This document shows positions 23,766 through 33,318 of a DNA stretch of 49,111 nt, piece after piece. Positions within the stretch are counted from its first letter, which is position 1. Each line of letters starts with the position of its first letter. Source of the stretch: Caldilineales bacterium (lineage in GTDB: Bacteria; Chloroflexota; Anaerolineae; J102); assembly GCA_013360575.1 (NCBI GenBank), contig JABWBG010000001.1, positions 1 through 49,111 on the forward strand, written 5' to 3'. Below the pieces are notes generated by a model. That model saw nothing but the letters and a program-made list of their open reading frames with translations. It had not been told where the DNA came from and did no database searches. Position numbers and translations under genes: made by a program.

Positions 23766-24413
23766 ATGACCTTGGTTAAGATATGTGGGATCACGCATGT
23801 GGCCGATGCTGAGGTCGCCCTTGCAGCAGGCGCCGATATGCTCGGTTTTATCTGTTATGCGAAATCACCCCGTTATCTCACGCTGCACGAGATCATCGCC
23901 ATCCTATCGGAATTGCGCCCTTTGCCTCCCGATCGGCGAACAGTGGGGGTGTTTGTGAATGAATCGGTCGATTCGGTACGAAACATTCTGGCGTGGACGG
24001 GGCTGGATCTGGCGCAATTGCACGGGGATGAAAGCCCTGCGCTGCTGCAACAGCTTGATAACCGGGCGTTCAAGGCCCTACGCTGCTCAGACCAGGCCGC
24101 AGCCGCAATCGGCGCCGACCGTTTTGGCCATCTCGGCCCCCCTGCCGGCCCCGACCTTCTGCTCGATGCCTACCATCCGCACGCCTACGGTGGCACCGGC
24201 CAACGCGCCGACTGGCGCATCGCCGCAGCTATCGCCCGCAAGCACCGCTTGTTGCTGGCGGGCGGCCTGACCCCGGACAACGTTGCCGAGGCCATCACGC
24301 AGGTGCAGCCTTGGGGCGTGGACGTTAGCAGCGGCGTCGAGCGCGAACCTGGCCGCAAGGATCATGAAGCTGTGCGAGCATTCATCGCCGCCGCCAAACA
24401 ACTGTCGCCATAG
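23766..24413 (+). CDS. trpF: Phosphoribosylanthranilate isomerase
   Basis: 215 aa. VKICGIT...GADMLGFI...QLHGDE is the pattern of the PRAI family. Confidence 0.9.
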   Translation: MTLVKICGITHVADAEVALAAGADMLGFICYAKSPRYLTLHEIIAILSELRPLPPDRRTVGVFVNESVDSVRNILAWTGLDLAQLHGDESPALLQQLDNRAFKALRCSDQAAAAIGADRFGHLGPPAGPDLLLDAYHPHAYGGTGQRADWRIAAAIARKHRLLLAGGLTPDNVAEAITQVQPWGVDVSSGVEREPGRKDHEAVRAFIAAAKQLSP

Positions 24414-24430
24414 ACAAGGAGAATACTTCG

Positions 24431-24919
24431 ATGCTACAAAATACCCCACCCCAAACGCTCACATTCGCCATCGGGCCCGGCGCAACCGCAGACGCCAACA
24501 TCGGCCTCGGCTGTTCGATCGCCATCATGGATGACGCCGGGAGGCTGTTGCTGCAAAAACGCATGGATGGCGATTGGTGGTGTCTGCCCGGCGGCGGCGT
24601 CGAAGCTGGCGATACGTTCACAAGCGCCGTCATCCGCGAAGCCTGGGAGGAGACAGGGTTGGAGGTCGAGGTTATCAGGTTGTTGGGGTGTTACACCTAT
24701 CCCGACATCTGCGCGGTCTATCCCGACGGCAGGCGCGTTCAAGTCGCGTCCCTCAACTTTCTTGGCCGCGTCGTCGGCGGCGCGATGATCGAATCCAATG
24801 AGGAAACCGCGGCATTGCGCTGGTTTGCCCGGCATGAACTACCTGATAACATCATCCCCACACATGCAGAACGCATTGTCGATGTTTTCAATTCCGATCA
24901 CGAATTGCGCATCTCCTGA
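24431..24919 (+). CDS. Nudix hydrolase embedded in the trp block
   Basis: Nudix box [24 protein letters not shown]. 162 aa. Confidence 0.85.
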   Translation: MLQNTPPQTLTFAIGPGATADANIGLGCSIAIMDDAGRLLLQKRMDGDWWCLPGGGVEAGDTFTSAVIREAWEETGLEVEVIRLLGCYTYPDICAVYPDGRRVQVASLNFLGRVVGGAMIESNEETAALRWFARHELPDNIIPTHAERIVDVFNSDHELRIS

Positions 24920-24936
24920 AAAATAACAACGATTTC

Positions 24937-26142
24937 ATGTCTATCCCATTCATAACCGATCTTCCCGATGCTCACGGTCGTTTTGGGCCGTATGGCGGCC
25001 AGTTTGTGCCCGAAACGCTGATGCCGGCTCTTGCCGAACTCACAGAGGCCTATCACATCGCCCAGAACGATCCCGACTTCTGGAACGAATTCCACAGGCT
25101 GATGCGCGATTTTGTGGGCCGGCCCACGCCGATCACACATGCCCGGCGTTTGAGCGAGCATCTGGGCGGGGCGCAGATTTATCTTAAAAGAGAGGATTTG
25201 GCCCACTCCGGCGCGCACAAAATCAACAACGCCCTGGGGCAGGCTTTGCTGGTGCAGCGCATGGGCAAGCAACGCATCGTGGCCGAAACCGGGGCCGGGC
25301 AACATGGCGTCGCCACCGCCACGGCTGCTGCTCTGCTCGGCATCCAATGCGTGGTTTACATGGGCACGGTTGACATGGCCCGGCAGCGGCCCAATGTCTT
25401 CCGCATGCAACTGCTGGGCGCGGAGGTGCGCGGGGTCGATTCCGGCAGCAAAACCCTGAAAGATGCCATCAACGAAGCCATCCGCGACTGGGTGACGCAT
25501 GTGGCGGACACGCATTATCTGCTCGGCTCGGCCCTGGGGCCGCACCCGTATCCGGCCATGGTGCGCGATTTCCAGCGCGTCATCGGCGTCGAAGCCCGCC
25601 AACAAATGCTGGAGCGTGTCGGACGTTTGCCCGATACCATTGTGGCCTGTGTGGGCGGCGGCTCCAATGCCATCGGCATTTTCCACCCCTTTTTGGCAGA
25701 CGAGGACGTGCGCTTGCTCGGCGTCGAGGCCGGCGGGCGCGGCATCGCCAGCGGCGAGCACGCCGCCCGTTTTGCCGATCCGAAGATCGCGCGCATCGGT
25801 GTGTTACATGGCACGAAATCGTATGTAATGCAGGATGCCGACGGCCAGATCGCCCTCACCCACAGCATCAGCGCCGGATTGGATTACGCTTCAGTCGGGC
25901 CTGAACATGCTTATCTGCGCGATATCGGGCGGACAGCCTACACCTACTGCACGGATGAACAGGCGCTGGCCGGATTCAAGGCGCTGTGCGCGTACGAAGG
26001 CATCCTCCCGGCGCTGGAAAGCGCTCACGCCGTGGGGCATGTCTTGGAACTGGCGCCGACTTTGCCTAAAGAACACATTCTCCTCCTCAACCTTTCAGGG
26101 CGAGGCGACAAAGATTTGGATACGGTGATGGGAGCGATCTGA
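24937..26142 (+). CDS. trpB: Tryptophan synthase beta chain
   Basis: 401 aa with the PLP-lysine motif [11 protein letters not shown]. Full-length TrpB pattern. Confidence 0.95.
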   Translation: MSIPFITDLPDAHGRFGPYGGQFVPETLMPALAELTEAYHIAQNDPDFWNEFHRLMRDFVGRPTPITHARRLSEHLGGAQIYLKREDLAHSGAHKINNALGQALLVQRMGKQRIVAETGAGQHGVATATAAALLGIQCVVYMGTVDMARQRPNVFRMQLLGAEVRGVDSGSKTLKDAINEAIRDWVTHVADTHYLLGSALGPHPYPAMVRDFQRVIGVEARQQMLERVGRLPDTIVACVGGGSNAIGIFHPFLADEDVRLLGVEAGGRGIASGEHAARFADPKIARIGVLHGTKSYVMQDADGQIALTHSISAGLDYASVGPEHAYLRDIGRTAYTYCTDEQALAGFKALCAYEGILPALESAHAVGHVLELAPTLPKEHILLLNLSGRGDKDLDTVMGAI

Positions 26143-26143
26143 C

Positions 26144-26953
26144 ATGACCGGAATCAAGCGTATTCAAAGAGCTTTTGCAAACGCCAAGGGATCAACCGCT
26201 TTCATGCCCTACCTGCCCGTGGGCTACCCCGATCTGGCTACCAGCATCGACCTGATCCAGGCGCTGGCCGCAACAGGCGCGGATCTGATCGAGGTAGGTG
26301 TACCATTTTCCGACCCATTGGCCGATGGCCCCACCATCCAGGCGGCGGCCCAACAAGCGCTTGCCAACGGCGTCACCTCGTCTGCTTGCCTGGCCGCGGT
26401 GCGCACATTGCGCGGGCGCGGTGTGCAAACGCCGCTGCTGCTGATGGGGTATGTCAATCCCATCCTCGCCTATGGCGTCGAACGCTATGTTGCAGATGCC
26501 GCAGACGCCGGCGCGGATGGCTTCATCGTGCCCGATCTGCCCCCCGACGAAGCCGCAGAGATGGCAGCCGCCTGCGCCGAGTACGGGCTGGCGCTGATCT
26601 TTTTAGTCGCGCCGACCAGCCCGGACAAGCGCCTGCGTTTGGCGGCGGAGCACAGCAAAAGCTTTCTCTATCTCGTGAGCGTGGCCGGCGTTACCGGCGA
26701 ACGCCGCGAATTGCCGCCGCATCTAGCCGATTTCATCGCCAGAGTGCGCGCACACACCGATTTACCGCTGGCCGTGGGGTTCGGCATCAGCACACCCGAA
26801 CAGGCCGCGGCCGTAGCAGCTTTGTGCGATGGTGTGGTTGTGGGCAGCGCCCTTGTCAGGCTGGCCGGCGAAACCAGGCCCGCGGCCAAAGTCAGCGCTT
26901 TATCGTCATTGCTGTCAGCAGCCGTGCACGATACGACAATGATTAATCATTAA
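26144..26953 (+). CDS. trpA: Tryptophan synthase alpha chain
   Basis: 269 aa. FMPYLPVGYPD..IEVGVPFSDPLADGPTIQ is the TrpA signature. The last four codons (MINH) and the stop lie inside the AT palindrome ATGATTAATCAT-TAA. Confidence 0.95.
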   Translation: MTGIKRIQRAFANAKGSTAFMPYLPVGYPDLATSIDLIQALAATGADLIEVGVPFSDPLADGPTIQAAAQQALANGVTSSACLAAVRTLRGRGVQTPLLLMGYVNPILAYGVERYVADAADAGADGFIVPDLPPDEAAEMAAACAEYGLALIFLVAPTSPDKRLRLAAEHSKSFLYLVSVAGVTGERRELPPHLADFIARVRAHTDLPLAVGFGISTPEQAAAVAALCDGVVVGSALVRLAGETRPAAKVSALSSLLSAAVHDTTMINH

Positions 26954-27235
26954 CCATTTGTATGTATTCAATAATTGGTAATGAAGCGATTTTTGCTAAA
27001 AATGTTTGTCGAATGAATTTGGCGTCTGATACAAGTGCTGCTGATGGGTTACTCGCAATGACAAAATAAGGTAAATTGTTACAAACTGGTTTTTAACAAA
27101 GTTATCATGCCAATAACAACCTGCTTTAGCAGGTTTCTGGTATCAGACCGTGAATTCATTCACGGGGTTGCTAACACGTATTTTTGAGAAGATACAACGA
27201 TCTCTCGATCCGCGATCGGTTGCAAACGCAAAAAG

Positions 27236-27283
27236 CCATCGTCCATCGTCCCATCGTCCCATCGTCCTTCGTCCATCATCCCA
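27236..27283 (+). repeat. Tandem CCATCGT(C) 7/8-mers upstream of the T-box promoter
   Basis: CCATCGTCCATCGTCCCATCGTCCCATCGTCCTTCGTCCATCATCCC is a G-poor tandem array ending about 48 nt before the -35 element. Confidence 0.85.
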
Positions 27284-27330
27284 GCACCGCAGCCTTCACG
27301 CCACTACATCGGCCCCCCGCCGCGCGCCAC

Positions 27331-27360
27331 TTGACACCCTTTCCCAACCCATGCTATAGT
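27331..27360 (+). promoter_or_regulatory. Sigma70-type promoter of the trpE T-box leader
   Basis: TTGACA (27331-27336), an 18-nt spacer, then TATAGT (27355-27360). Confidence 0.65.
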
Positions 27361-27366
27361 CCCCAT

Positions 27367-27736
27367 CCAATAACAAACTACACAGGCTGTGAACCGGAAA
27401 AGTATCTGTCAAAGCGAGATCCAGAGAGCCGGCGGTTGCTGCGAAGCCGGCATCAGCGCCGACAGTGAATGGGCCGGGGAGCCAACGGTCGAACAATAAA
27501 AATTAATCATAAATCATTAATTTTTAATCATTAGACCTGTTCGGAGACGCCACCGTTACCAGGGCGCAGAGTATCGCCGCGAAAAATCGGCCGTACTTGT
27601 TGAGTGAGACTGGCTTGGACATGCGCCCATCGTCATCACGATGGGTTTTTGTTTGCACAGTCTAACGAGGGTGGTACCACGGATTGACCCCACGAAATTC
27701 GTCCCTCACGTCGCTATCGGCGTGGGGGATTTTTTT
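27367..27736 (+). promoter_or_regulatory. T-box riboswitch leader, tryptophan specifier (UGG)
   Basis: Stem I elements: AGUA, AGAGAG (27423-27428), distal loop GGUUGCUGCGAA, and specifier GAA-UGG-G (UGG 27470-27472). T-box sequence AACGAGGGTGGTACCACGG (27664-27682). The antiterminator GAGGG..CCCTC competes with the terminator at 27703-27736. Confidence 0.85.
27703..27736 (+). terminator. T-box expression-platform terminator
   Basis: CCCTCACG (27703-27710) pairs with CGTGGGGG (27721-27728), allowing one G-U pair, and is followed by A-T7 (27730-27736). Confidence 0.8.
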
Positions 27737-27780
27737 AGTACTCGGTTCGCAGTTGCCAGCAAGCAGCGCACTGACCCCTG

Positions 27781-27831
27781 ACCACTGAATACTGACCACT
27801 GAATACTGACCACTGAATACTGACCACTGAA
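27781..27831 (+). repeat. 14-nt tandem repeat (ACCACTGAATACTG x3.6) forming the trpE 5' UTR
   Basis: Copies at 27781, 27795 and 27809 plus a partial copy at 27823. It ends 1 nt before the trpE ATG (27833). No SD-like purine run is present. Confidence 0.9.
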
Positions 27832-27832
27832 A

Positions 27833-29332
27833 ATGCACCATCCCACCCTCGAAGAAGTCCGTCAACTGGCCCCACAGGGCAACCTCATCCCCATCTACCG
27901 CGTCCTCCCCGCCGATCTGGAAACGCCCGTCTCGGTCTATCTCAAGCTGCGCAGGGCGGGACACCCCTCCTTTCTGCTCGAATCGGTGGAAAAGGGCGAG
28001 CAGATGGGCCGCTATTCGTTCATTGGCGTCGATCCGCCCCTGAGCCTGAGCGTGAACGGACGGCGGGCGACCCTCAGCGGCACAGGCGGCGCCGTATTAG
28101 AATCATTCGAGCACGATCGGCCGCTGGACGAACTGGCCCGACTGTTGCACCGCCGCCGCCCCATCGCTTTGCCCGGCCTGCCCGCCTTCACGGGCGGGGC
28201 CGTGGGCTATTGGGGCTATGATGTCGTACGGCACTTCGAACGCCTGCCCGACGCCGCCAAAACCGTGCTCGATGCGCCCGAGGCCCTCTTCCTGTTGGCC
28301 GATAATCTCGTAATCTTCGATCATGTCAAACACCGGCTGCTGGTGCTGGCCAACGCCCGCCTCGGCGCTGCCGACGGCGACGAGCACGCCTTCACTGCCA
28401 GCTACGCCGATGCTGTCGCCCGCATCGAGAACATCGTGCGGCGCCTGGCCCAGCCGTTGGTCCCGCCCCGCCTGCGCGATGTGAGCAATGGCGAGGGGTG
28501 GGTCTCGAACAAAAGCCAGCGTGACTACGAAGGGATGGTGCAGACGGCCAAGGCCTACATCGCCGCCGGCGACGTCTTCCAGGTCGTGCCCAGCCAGCGT
28601 CTCAGCAAACGCACTCAGGCCGATCCCTTCGCCATCTACCGCGCCCTGCGCATGACCAACCCCAGCCCCTACATGTTCTTCCTCGACCTGCCCGGCGATC
28701 TCCGCCTGATCGGCGCCAGCCCAGAGATGCACGTGCGGCTGGCAGGCCGGCGCGCCCAGGTGCACCCCATCGCCGGCACACGTTGGCGCGGCGAAACGCC
28801 CGCCGAAGATGCGCGCCTGGCCGAAGAACTATTGGCCGACCCCAAAGAACGGGCCGAACACATCATGCTGGTCGATCTCGGTCGCAACGATCTGGGCCGC
28901 GTCAGCGCCTATGGCAGCGTCAGCGTGCCCACGATGATGGCCGTCGAACGCTATAGCCATGTCATGCACATCGTCAGCGATGTGATCGGCGAGTTGCGAG
29001 AGGGCGTCGACGCCTTCGATCTGCTGGCGGCCACCTTCCCGGCCGGCACCGTCAGCGGGGCGCCGAAAGTGCGGGCAATGGAGATCATCGAAGAACTGGA
29101 GGGGGAGCGCCGCGGCATCTACGCCGGCGCCGTCGGCTGGATCGGTTATGATGGCAACATGGACACCTGCATCGCCATCCGCACCATCGTCATGAAGGGC
29201 GACCTGTGCTACGTGCAGGCCGGCGGCGGCGTGGTGGCCGATTCGGATCCAACCTACGAATTCAACGAGACCCACAACAAAGCCCGCGCCCTGGCCGTCG
29301 CCGTCGAACGGGCAGAGAAAGGCTTGTTGTAA
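27833..29332 (+). CDS. trpE: Anthranilate synthase component I
   Basis: 499 aa with a chorismate-binding domain (SPEMHVR..., GTVSGAPKVRAMEIIEELE, GGGVVADS). Confidence 0.95.
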   Translation: MHHPTLEEVRQLAPQGNLIPIYRVLPADLETPVSVYLKLRRAGHPSFLLESVEKGEQMGRYSFIGVDPPLSLSVNGRRATLSGTGGAVLESFEHDRPLDELARLLHRRRPIALPGLPAFTGGAVGYWGYDVVRHFERLPDAAKTVLDAPEALFLLADNLVIFDHVKHRLLVLANARLGAADGDEHAFTASYADAVARIENIVRRLAQPLVPPRLRDVSNGEGWVSNKSQRDYEGMVQTAKAYIAAGDVFQVVPSQRLSKRTQADPFAIYRALRMTNPSPYMFFLDLPGDLRLIGASPEMHVRLAGRRAQVHPIAGTRWRGETPAEDARLAEELLADPKERAEHIMLVDLGRNDLGRVSAYGSVSVPTMMAVERYSHVMHIVSDVIGELREGVDAFDLLAATFPAGTVSGAPKVRAMEIIEELEGERRGIYAGAVGWIGYDGNMDTCIAIRTIVMKGDLCYVQAGGGVVADSDPTYEFNETHNKARALAVAVERAEKGLL

Positions 29333-29364
29333 TCCTCTGTCATCACTCAGCACTTTTAGCAATC

Positions 29365-29928
29365 ATGATTGCCGTTATCGACAACTACGACTCCTTCACG
29401 TACAATCTTGTGCAGTATCTGGGCGAATTGGGCGCCGATCTGCGCGTGTGGCGCAACGACGAGATCACGGTCGCGGCGCTGCGGGAACTGAACCCCACCC
29501 ACATCGTGATCTCGCCCGGCCCCGGCGCCCCCAGCGACGCCGGCGTTTCGAATGATGTGATCCGCGTTTTTTATGAAACGACGCCGATCCTGGGCGTTTG
29601 CCTGGGGCACCAGTGCCTGGGGCAGGTGTTCGGCGGGGTCGTGGCCCGGGCGCCTCGCCTGATGCACGGCAAAGTCAGTCCCGTCTATCACACCGGCGAC
29701 GCCCTGTTCAATGGCCTCCCCACACCCTTCCCGGCCACGCGCTACCACTCCCTCATCGTCGAAGAACCCCTGCCCGCTGCGTTGGTCATGACTGCCTTCA
29801 CCGCCGAGGGTGAAATCATGGCCATGAAACACCGGCGCCATCCCGCCTACGGCGTGCAATTCCATCCGGAAAGCATTCTCACCGAAGGCGGCAAACAGTT
29901 GCTGGCGAACTTTTTGCTGCTGAAGTAA
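29365..29928 (+). CDS. trpG: Anthranilate synthase component II (glutamine amidotransferase)
   Basis: MIAVIDNYDSFTYNLVQYL with catalytic GVCLGHQ. ATG 29365 lies within the longer ORF-track frame. Confidence 0.95.
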   Translation: MIAVIDNYDSFTYNLVQYLGELGADLRVWRNDEITVAALRELNPTHIVISPGPGAPSDAGVSNDVIRVFYETTPILGVCLGHQCLGQVFGGVVARAPRLMHGKVSPVYHTGDALFNGLPTPFPATRYHSLIVEEPLPAALVMTAFTAEGEIMAMKHRRHPAYGVQFHPESILTEGGKQLLANFLLLK

Positions 29929-29967
29929 CGAAGCAAGTTCACGCCCTCCCTCACCCATCATCCCACC

Positions 29968-30990
29968 ATGAACATCCAGGACGCTATTGCCCATGTCATT
30001 GCCGGGCAACACCTCGGCGAAGATGCAGCTTACGCCGTGATGATGGCCATCATGCGCGGCGAATGCACACCTGCGCAGATCGGCGGTTATCTGGTCGGAC
30101 TGGCGGCCAAAGGCGAAACCATCGCCGAGATCGCCGGCAGCGCCCGCGCCATGCGCGAACAGGCCATCGCCGTCCGTCACGCCTATGACGGCTGGCTGGT
30201 CGATACCTGCGGCACCGGCGGCGATCACTCCGGCACATTCAACATCTCCACGACCAGCGCCTTTGTCATCGCCGGATGCGGCGTGCCCGTCGCCAAGCAT
30301 GGCAATCGCTCGGTCACATCCAAAGCGGGCAGCGCCGATGTGCTCAAGGCTCTGGGCGTCAACCTCGATCTCACGCCCGAACAGGTGGGGGCATGCATCG
30401 ACGAGGTCGGCATAGGTTTCCTCTACGCCGTGCACCATCACCCGGCCATGAAACACGCCAGCGCCCCCCGCCGTGAACTCAGAGCCCGCACGATCTTCAA
30501 TATCCTCGGCCCCCTTACCAACCCTGCCAGCGCCACGCATCAGATCGTTGGCGTATTCGATCTGGCCCTGACCGAGCCGCTGGCGCGGGTGCTAGGGCGC
30601 CTGGGCACGCGCGCGGCTTTTGTGATGCACGGGGCCGACGGCCTGGACGAGTTCAGCACCACCGGCGTCAATCGCATCAGCCATCTGCGTGGGGGGACCG
30701 TGACCACGTTCGATCTAGACCCGCTCGACCTCGGCTTTCCTCGCGCCCATCTCTCTGACCTCCTTGGCGGCTCGCCGGAGGAGAATGCCGGCATGCTGCG
30801 CGCGATCCTCGCGGGGGAAGAACAAGGGCCCAAACGCCAGGTCGTCATCCTCAATGCCGCCGCCGCCCTTGCCGTGGAAGATGGCAATTGGGAAGCCGCC
30901 ATCGCCCGCACGCGCGCCAGCATCGATTCGGGCGCGGCCCTGGCGAAGCTGACGGCGCTGATCGAGAAATCGCAGGTATTTGCATCATGA
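29968..30990 (+). CDS. trpD: Anthranilate phosphoribosyltransferase
   Basis: 340 aa. CGTGGDHSGTFNIST and KHGNRSVTSKAGSADVL motifs. Confidence 0.95.
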   Translation: MNIQDAIAHVIAGQHLGEDAAYAVMMAIMRGECTPAQIGGYLVGLAAKGETIAEIAGSARAMREQAIAVRHAYDGWLVDTCGTGGDHSGTFNISTTSAFVIAGCGVPVAKHGNRSVTSKAGSADVLKALGVNLDLTPEQVGACIDEVGIGFLYAVHHHPAMKHASAPRRELRARTIFNILGPLTNPASATHQIVGVFDLALTEPLARVLGRLGTRAAFVMHGADGLDEFSTTGVNRISHLRGGTVTTFDLDPLDLGFPRAHLSDLLGGSPEENAGMLRAILAGEEQGPKRQVVILNAAAALAVEDGNWEAAIARTRASIDSGAALAKLTALIEKSQVFAS

Positions 30991-31820
30991 AACGCCAACA
31001 ACGCCTGCTCGCGCAGGGCAAACTCCTCGACGAAATCATGCGCTGGAAACGGCAGGAAGTGCCGCGGCAAAAGGCTGAACTGCCCGAAGCCAGCCTGCGC
31101 GCCCTGGTTGCCTTCACCCCGCCGCCGCTCGATTTCGCCGCCGCCCTCGCCGGCCCTGGCGTCAGCCTCATCGCCGAAGTCAAACGGGCTTCGCCGAGCA
31201 AAGGCTTGCTGTGCAAAGATTTCGATGCGGTCAAACTGGCCCTCACCTACGCCGCCGGCGGTGCTGCTGCCATCTCCTGTCTGACCGACGCCAAATTCTT
31301 TCAGGGCCAGCTCGAATTTATCACCGCCATCAAAGAGGCATTCCGGCAGCGCAAAATCACCCTGCCCGTGCTGCGCAAAGACTTTATTTTTGATCCCTAT
31401 CAAGTGTTGCAGGCCCGCGTAGCCGGGGCCGACGCCCTGTTGCTGATTATGGCTGTGTTAAGCCCTGCCGAGTACCGCGACCTGTTGGCCTACACGCACG
31501 AGCTGGGGATGACCGCCCTGGTCGAAGTGCATGACGAAGGCGAATTGGCGCGAGCGCTGAAGGAATCACCGCGTGTGGTGGGGGTCAACAACCGCGATCT
31601 GCGCACTTTTACCGTGGATCTGCACACGACCGCTCGCTTACGTTTGCAAATACCTGATGAGGTTCTCCTCGTCAGCGAAAGCGGCATCGGCAACGCTGAA
31701 GATGTGCGGGCGTTGCAGAAAATGGGCGCCGATGCCATGCTGGTAGGCGAAAGCCTGGTGAAGGTTGGGCAGAGGGAGCGAGAGCAAAAGTTGAAGGAAT
31801 TGGTAGAAGCGGGAAAATAG
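30987..31820 (+). CDS. trpC: Indole-3-glycerol-phosphate synthase
   Basis: ATGA overlap with the trpD stop. LIAEVKRASPSKG and VGVNNRDLRTF motifs. Confidence 0.95.
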   Translation: MKRQQRLLAQGKLLDEIMRWKRQEVPRQKAELPEASLRALVAFTPPPLDFAAALAGPGVSLIAEVKRASPSKGLLCKDFDAVKLALTYAAGGAAAISCLTDAKFFQGQLEFITAIKEAFRQRKITLPVLRKDFIFDPYQVLQARVAGADALLLIMAVLSPAEYRDLLAYTHELGMTALVEVHDEGELARALKESPRVVGVNNRDLRTFTVDLHTTARLRLQIPDEVLLVSESGIGNAEDVRALQKMGADAMLVGESLVKVGQREREQKLKELVEAGK

Positions 31821-31923
31821 AGGGGGCGATCTCCCCATTTGCCTTCAAATTCGTCATCGCTTGCCTGACCGTTCGGCGGGCAGGGCCGCGCAGGCCGCAG
31901 GCCGCGCTTGCGCGCCCAGCCGG

Positions 31924-32016
31924 CAGGCGCGAAAATGGGGGTGTGACTACGACAGGCCAACAGCAGCCAGCTTGCCGCCGCCGGCTGGTAACCGTGACGG
32001 GTTCTTTTTGTCACGC
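31924..32016 (+). repeat. Dispersed GC-rich repeat, copy 2
   Basis: Homologous to 16956-17050. Preceded by GCCTGAC-CGTTC-GGCGGGCAGGGCCGCG (31863-31891), which resembles the 6803-6826 attC flank. Confidence 0.7.
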
Positions 32017-32084
32017 ATGAACACAGATTTCGCGGATTTTCCATGCCGATCTGTGCAAACCCGCGGAATCTGCGTCCATTCCTG

Positions 32085-32162
32085 CCCCCCCCACCCACCC
32101 ACCCAACCAACCACCCAACCAACCAACCACCCAACCAACTAACCAACTTCCCCCACACACAC
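32085..32162 (+). repeat. C-tract plus CCAACCAA-type tandem repeats forming the 5' UTR of the FAD oxidoreductase gene
   Basis: C8-A-CCC-A-CCC-A-CCC, then CAACCAACCACC units up to 2 nt before ATG 32164. No SD. Confidence 0.9.
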
Positions 32163-32163
32163 C

Positions 32164-33315
32164 ATGCCCACTGCTGACATCGTCATCATCGGCGGCGGGG
32201 TGATGGGCGTCAGCGCCGCGTATCACCTTGCCCGCAGACAGGCAGGCCGCGTCCTCCTGCTCGAAAAAGCCCCCTTCTTTGGCCAGGGCGCCACCGGAAC
32301 CTGCGCCGGCGGCATCCGCCACCAATTCTCCACCGCGGTCAACATCCACCTCAGCACCCTCAGCATCGCCATGCTCGAACGCTTCGCCGAGGAGATGGAG
32401 CAGGAGATCGATCTGCGCCTGGTCGGCTACCTCTTCTTGCTGAGCAATGAAGCCGACATCGCCGCGTTCGAGCGCAACGTGCAATTGCAGCGCCAGATGG
32501 GCATCGCCACCGAATGGCTGGACAGGGCCGAGATCGCCCGCCGCGCGCCCTTGCTCGACCTGGACGCCGAACCGGCCATCCTGGCCGGCACCAACTACCA
32601 CCGCGACGGTTTGGCCGACCCGCATTCCGTGGTGCAGGGCTATGTGAAACAGGCGCGACGGCTGGGCGCGCACTTGCTCACCGGGGCCGGCGCCCGGCGC
32701 ATCCTGGTCGCGGGAGACAAAGTGGTGGGCGTGGAGAGCGAGATCGGCCAGATCGCGACCGAAACCGTGTTGCTGGCCGCGGGGCCATGGTCGGGGCCGC
32801 TGGCCGCCACCGCCGGCGTGCCCCTGCCCGTCATTCCCCTGCGCCGCCAGATCGCCGTCACCCGGCCCCTCGGCATCCCCCGCCACATGCCCTTTTTGAT
32901 CGACTTCGCCCAAAGCCTCTATTTTCACTACGAAACCGGCGGCATCCTCACCGGCATGTCCAACCCGCACGAAACCCCCGGCGAAAAGCTGGATGTGGAT
33001 GCCGACTGGACCCTGACCCATTTCGAACACGCCATCGCCCGCATGCCCCTGCTGGAACAGGCGCAATTGCTGACGCAATGGGCCGGGCTGTACGAGGTCA
33101 CGCCCGACCACCAGCCGATCATCGGGCCGCTGCCGCTGCGAGGGCTGACCACCTGCACCGGGTTCAGCGGGCATGGCTTCATGCAAGGCCCGATCTGCGG
33201 GCAGTTGATGGCCGAAGAGATCCTCGACGGCGCCGCGCACACCGTCGATCTCAGCGAATTGCGCTACGACCGCTTTGCCGCCGGCGCCCTGGCCCCGGAG
33301 AAAAACGTGGTCTGA
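32164..33315 (+). CDS. FAD-dependent oxidoreductase (DAO family; sarcosine-oxidase-beta/glycine-oxidase-like)
   Basis: 383 aa with the Rossmann motif DIVIIGGGVMGVSAAYHLA and a DAO-family body. Confidence 0.85.
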   Translation: MPTADIVIIGGGVMGVSAAYHLARRQAGRVLLLEKAPFFGQGATGTCAGGIRHQFSTAVNIHLSTLSIAMLERFAEEMEQEIDLRLVGYLFLLSNEADIAAFERNVQLQRQMGIATEWLDRAEIARRAPLLDLDAEPAILAGTNYHRDGLADPHSVVQGYVKQARRLGAHLLTGAGARRILVAGDKVVGVESEIGQIATETVLLAAGPWSGPLAATAGVPLPVIPLRRQIAVTRPLGIPRHMPFLIDFAQSLYFHYETGGILTGMSNPHETPGEKLDVDADWTLTHFEHAIARMPLLEQAQLLTQWAGLYEVTPDHQPIIGPLPLRGLTTCTGFSGHGFMQGPICGQLMAEEILDGAAHTVDLSELRYDRFAAGALAPEKNVV

Positions 33316-33318
33316 GTC

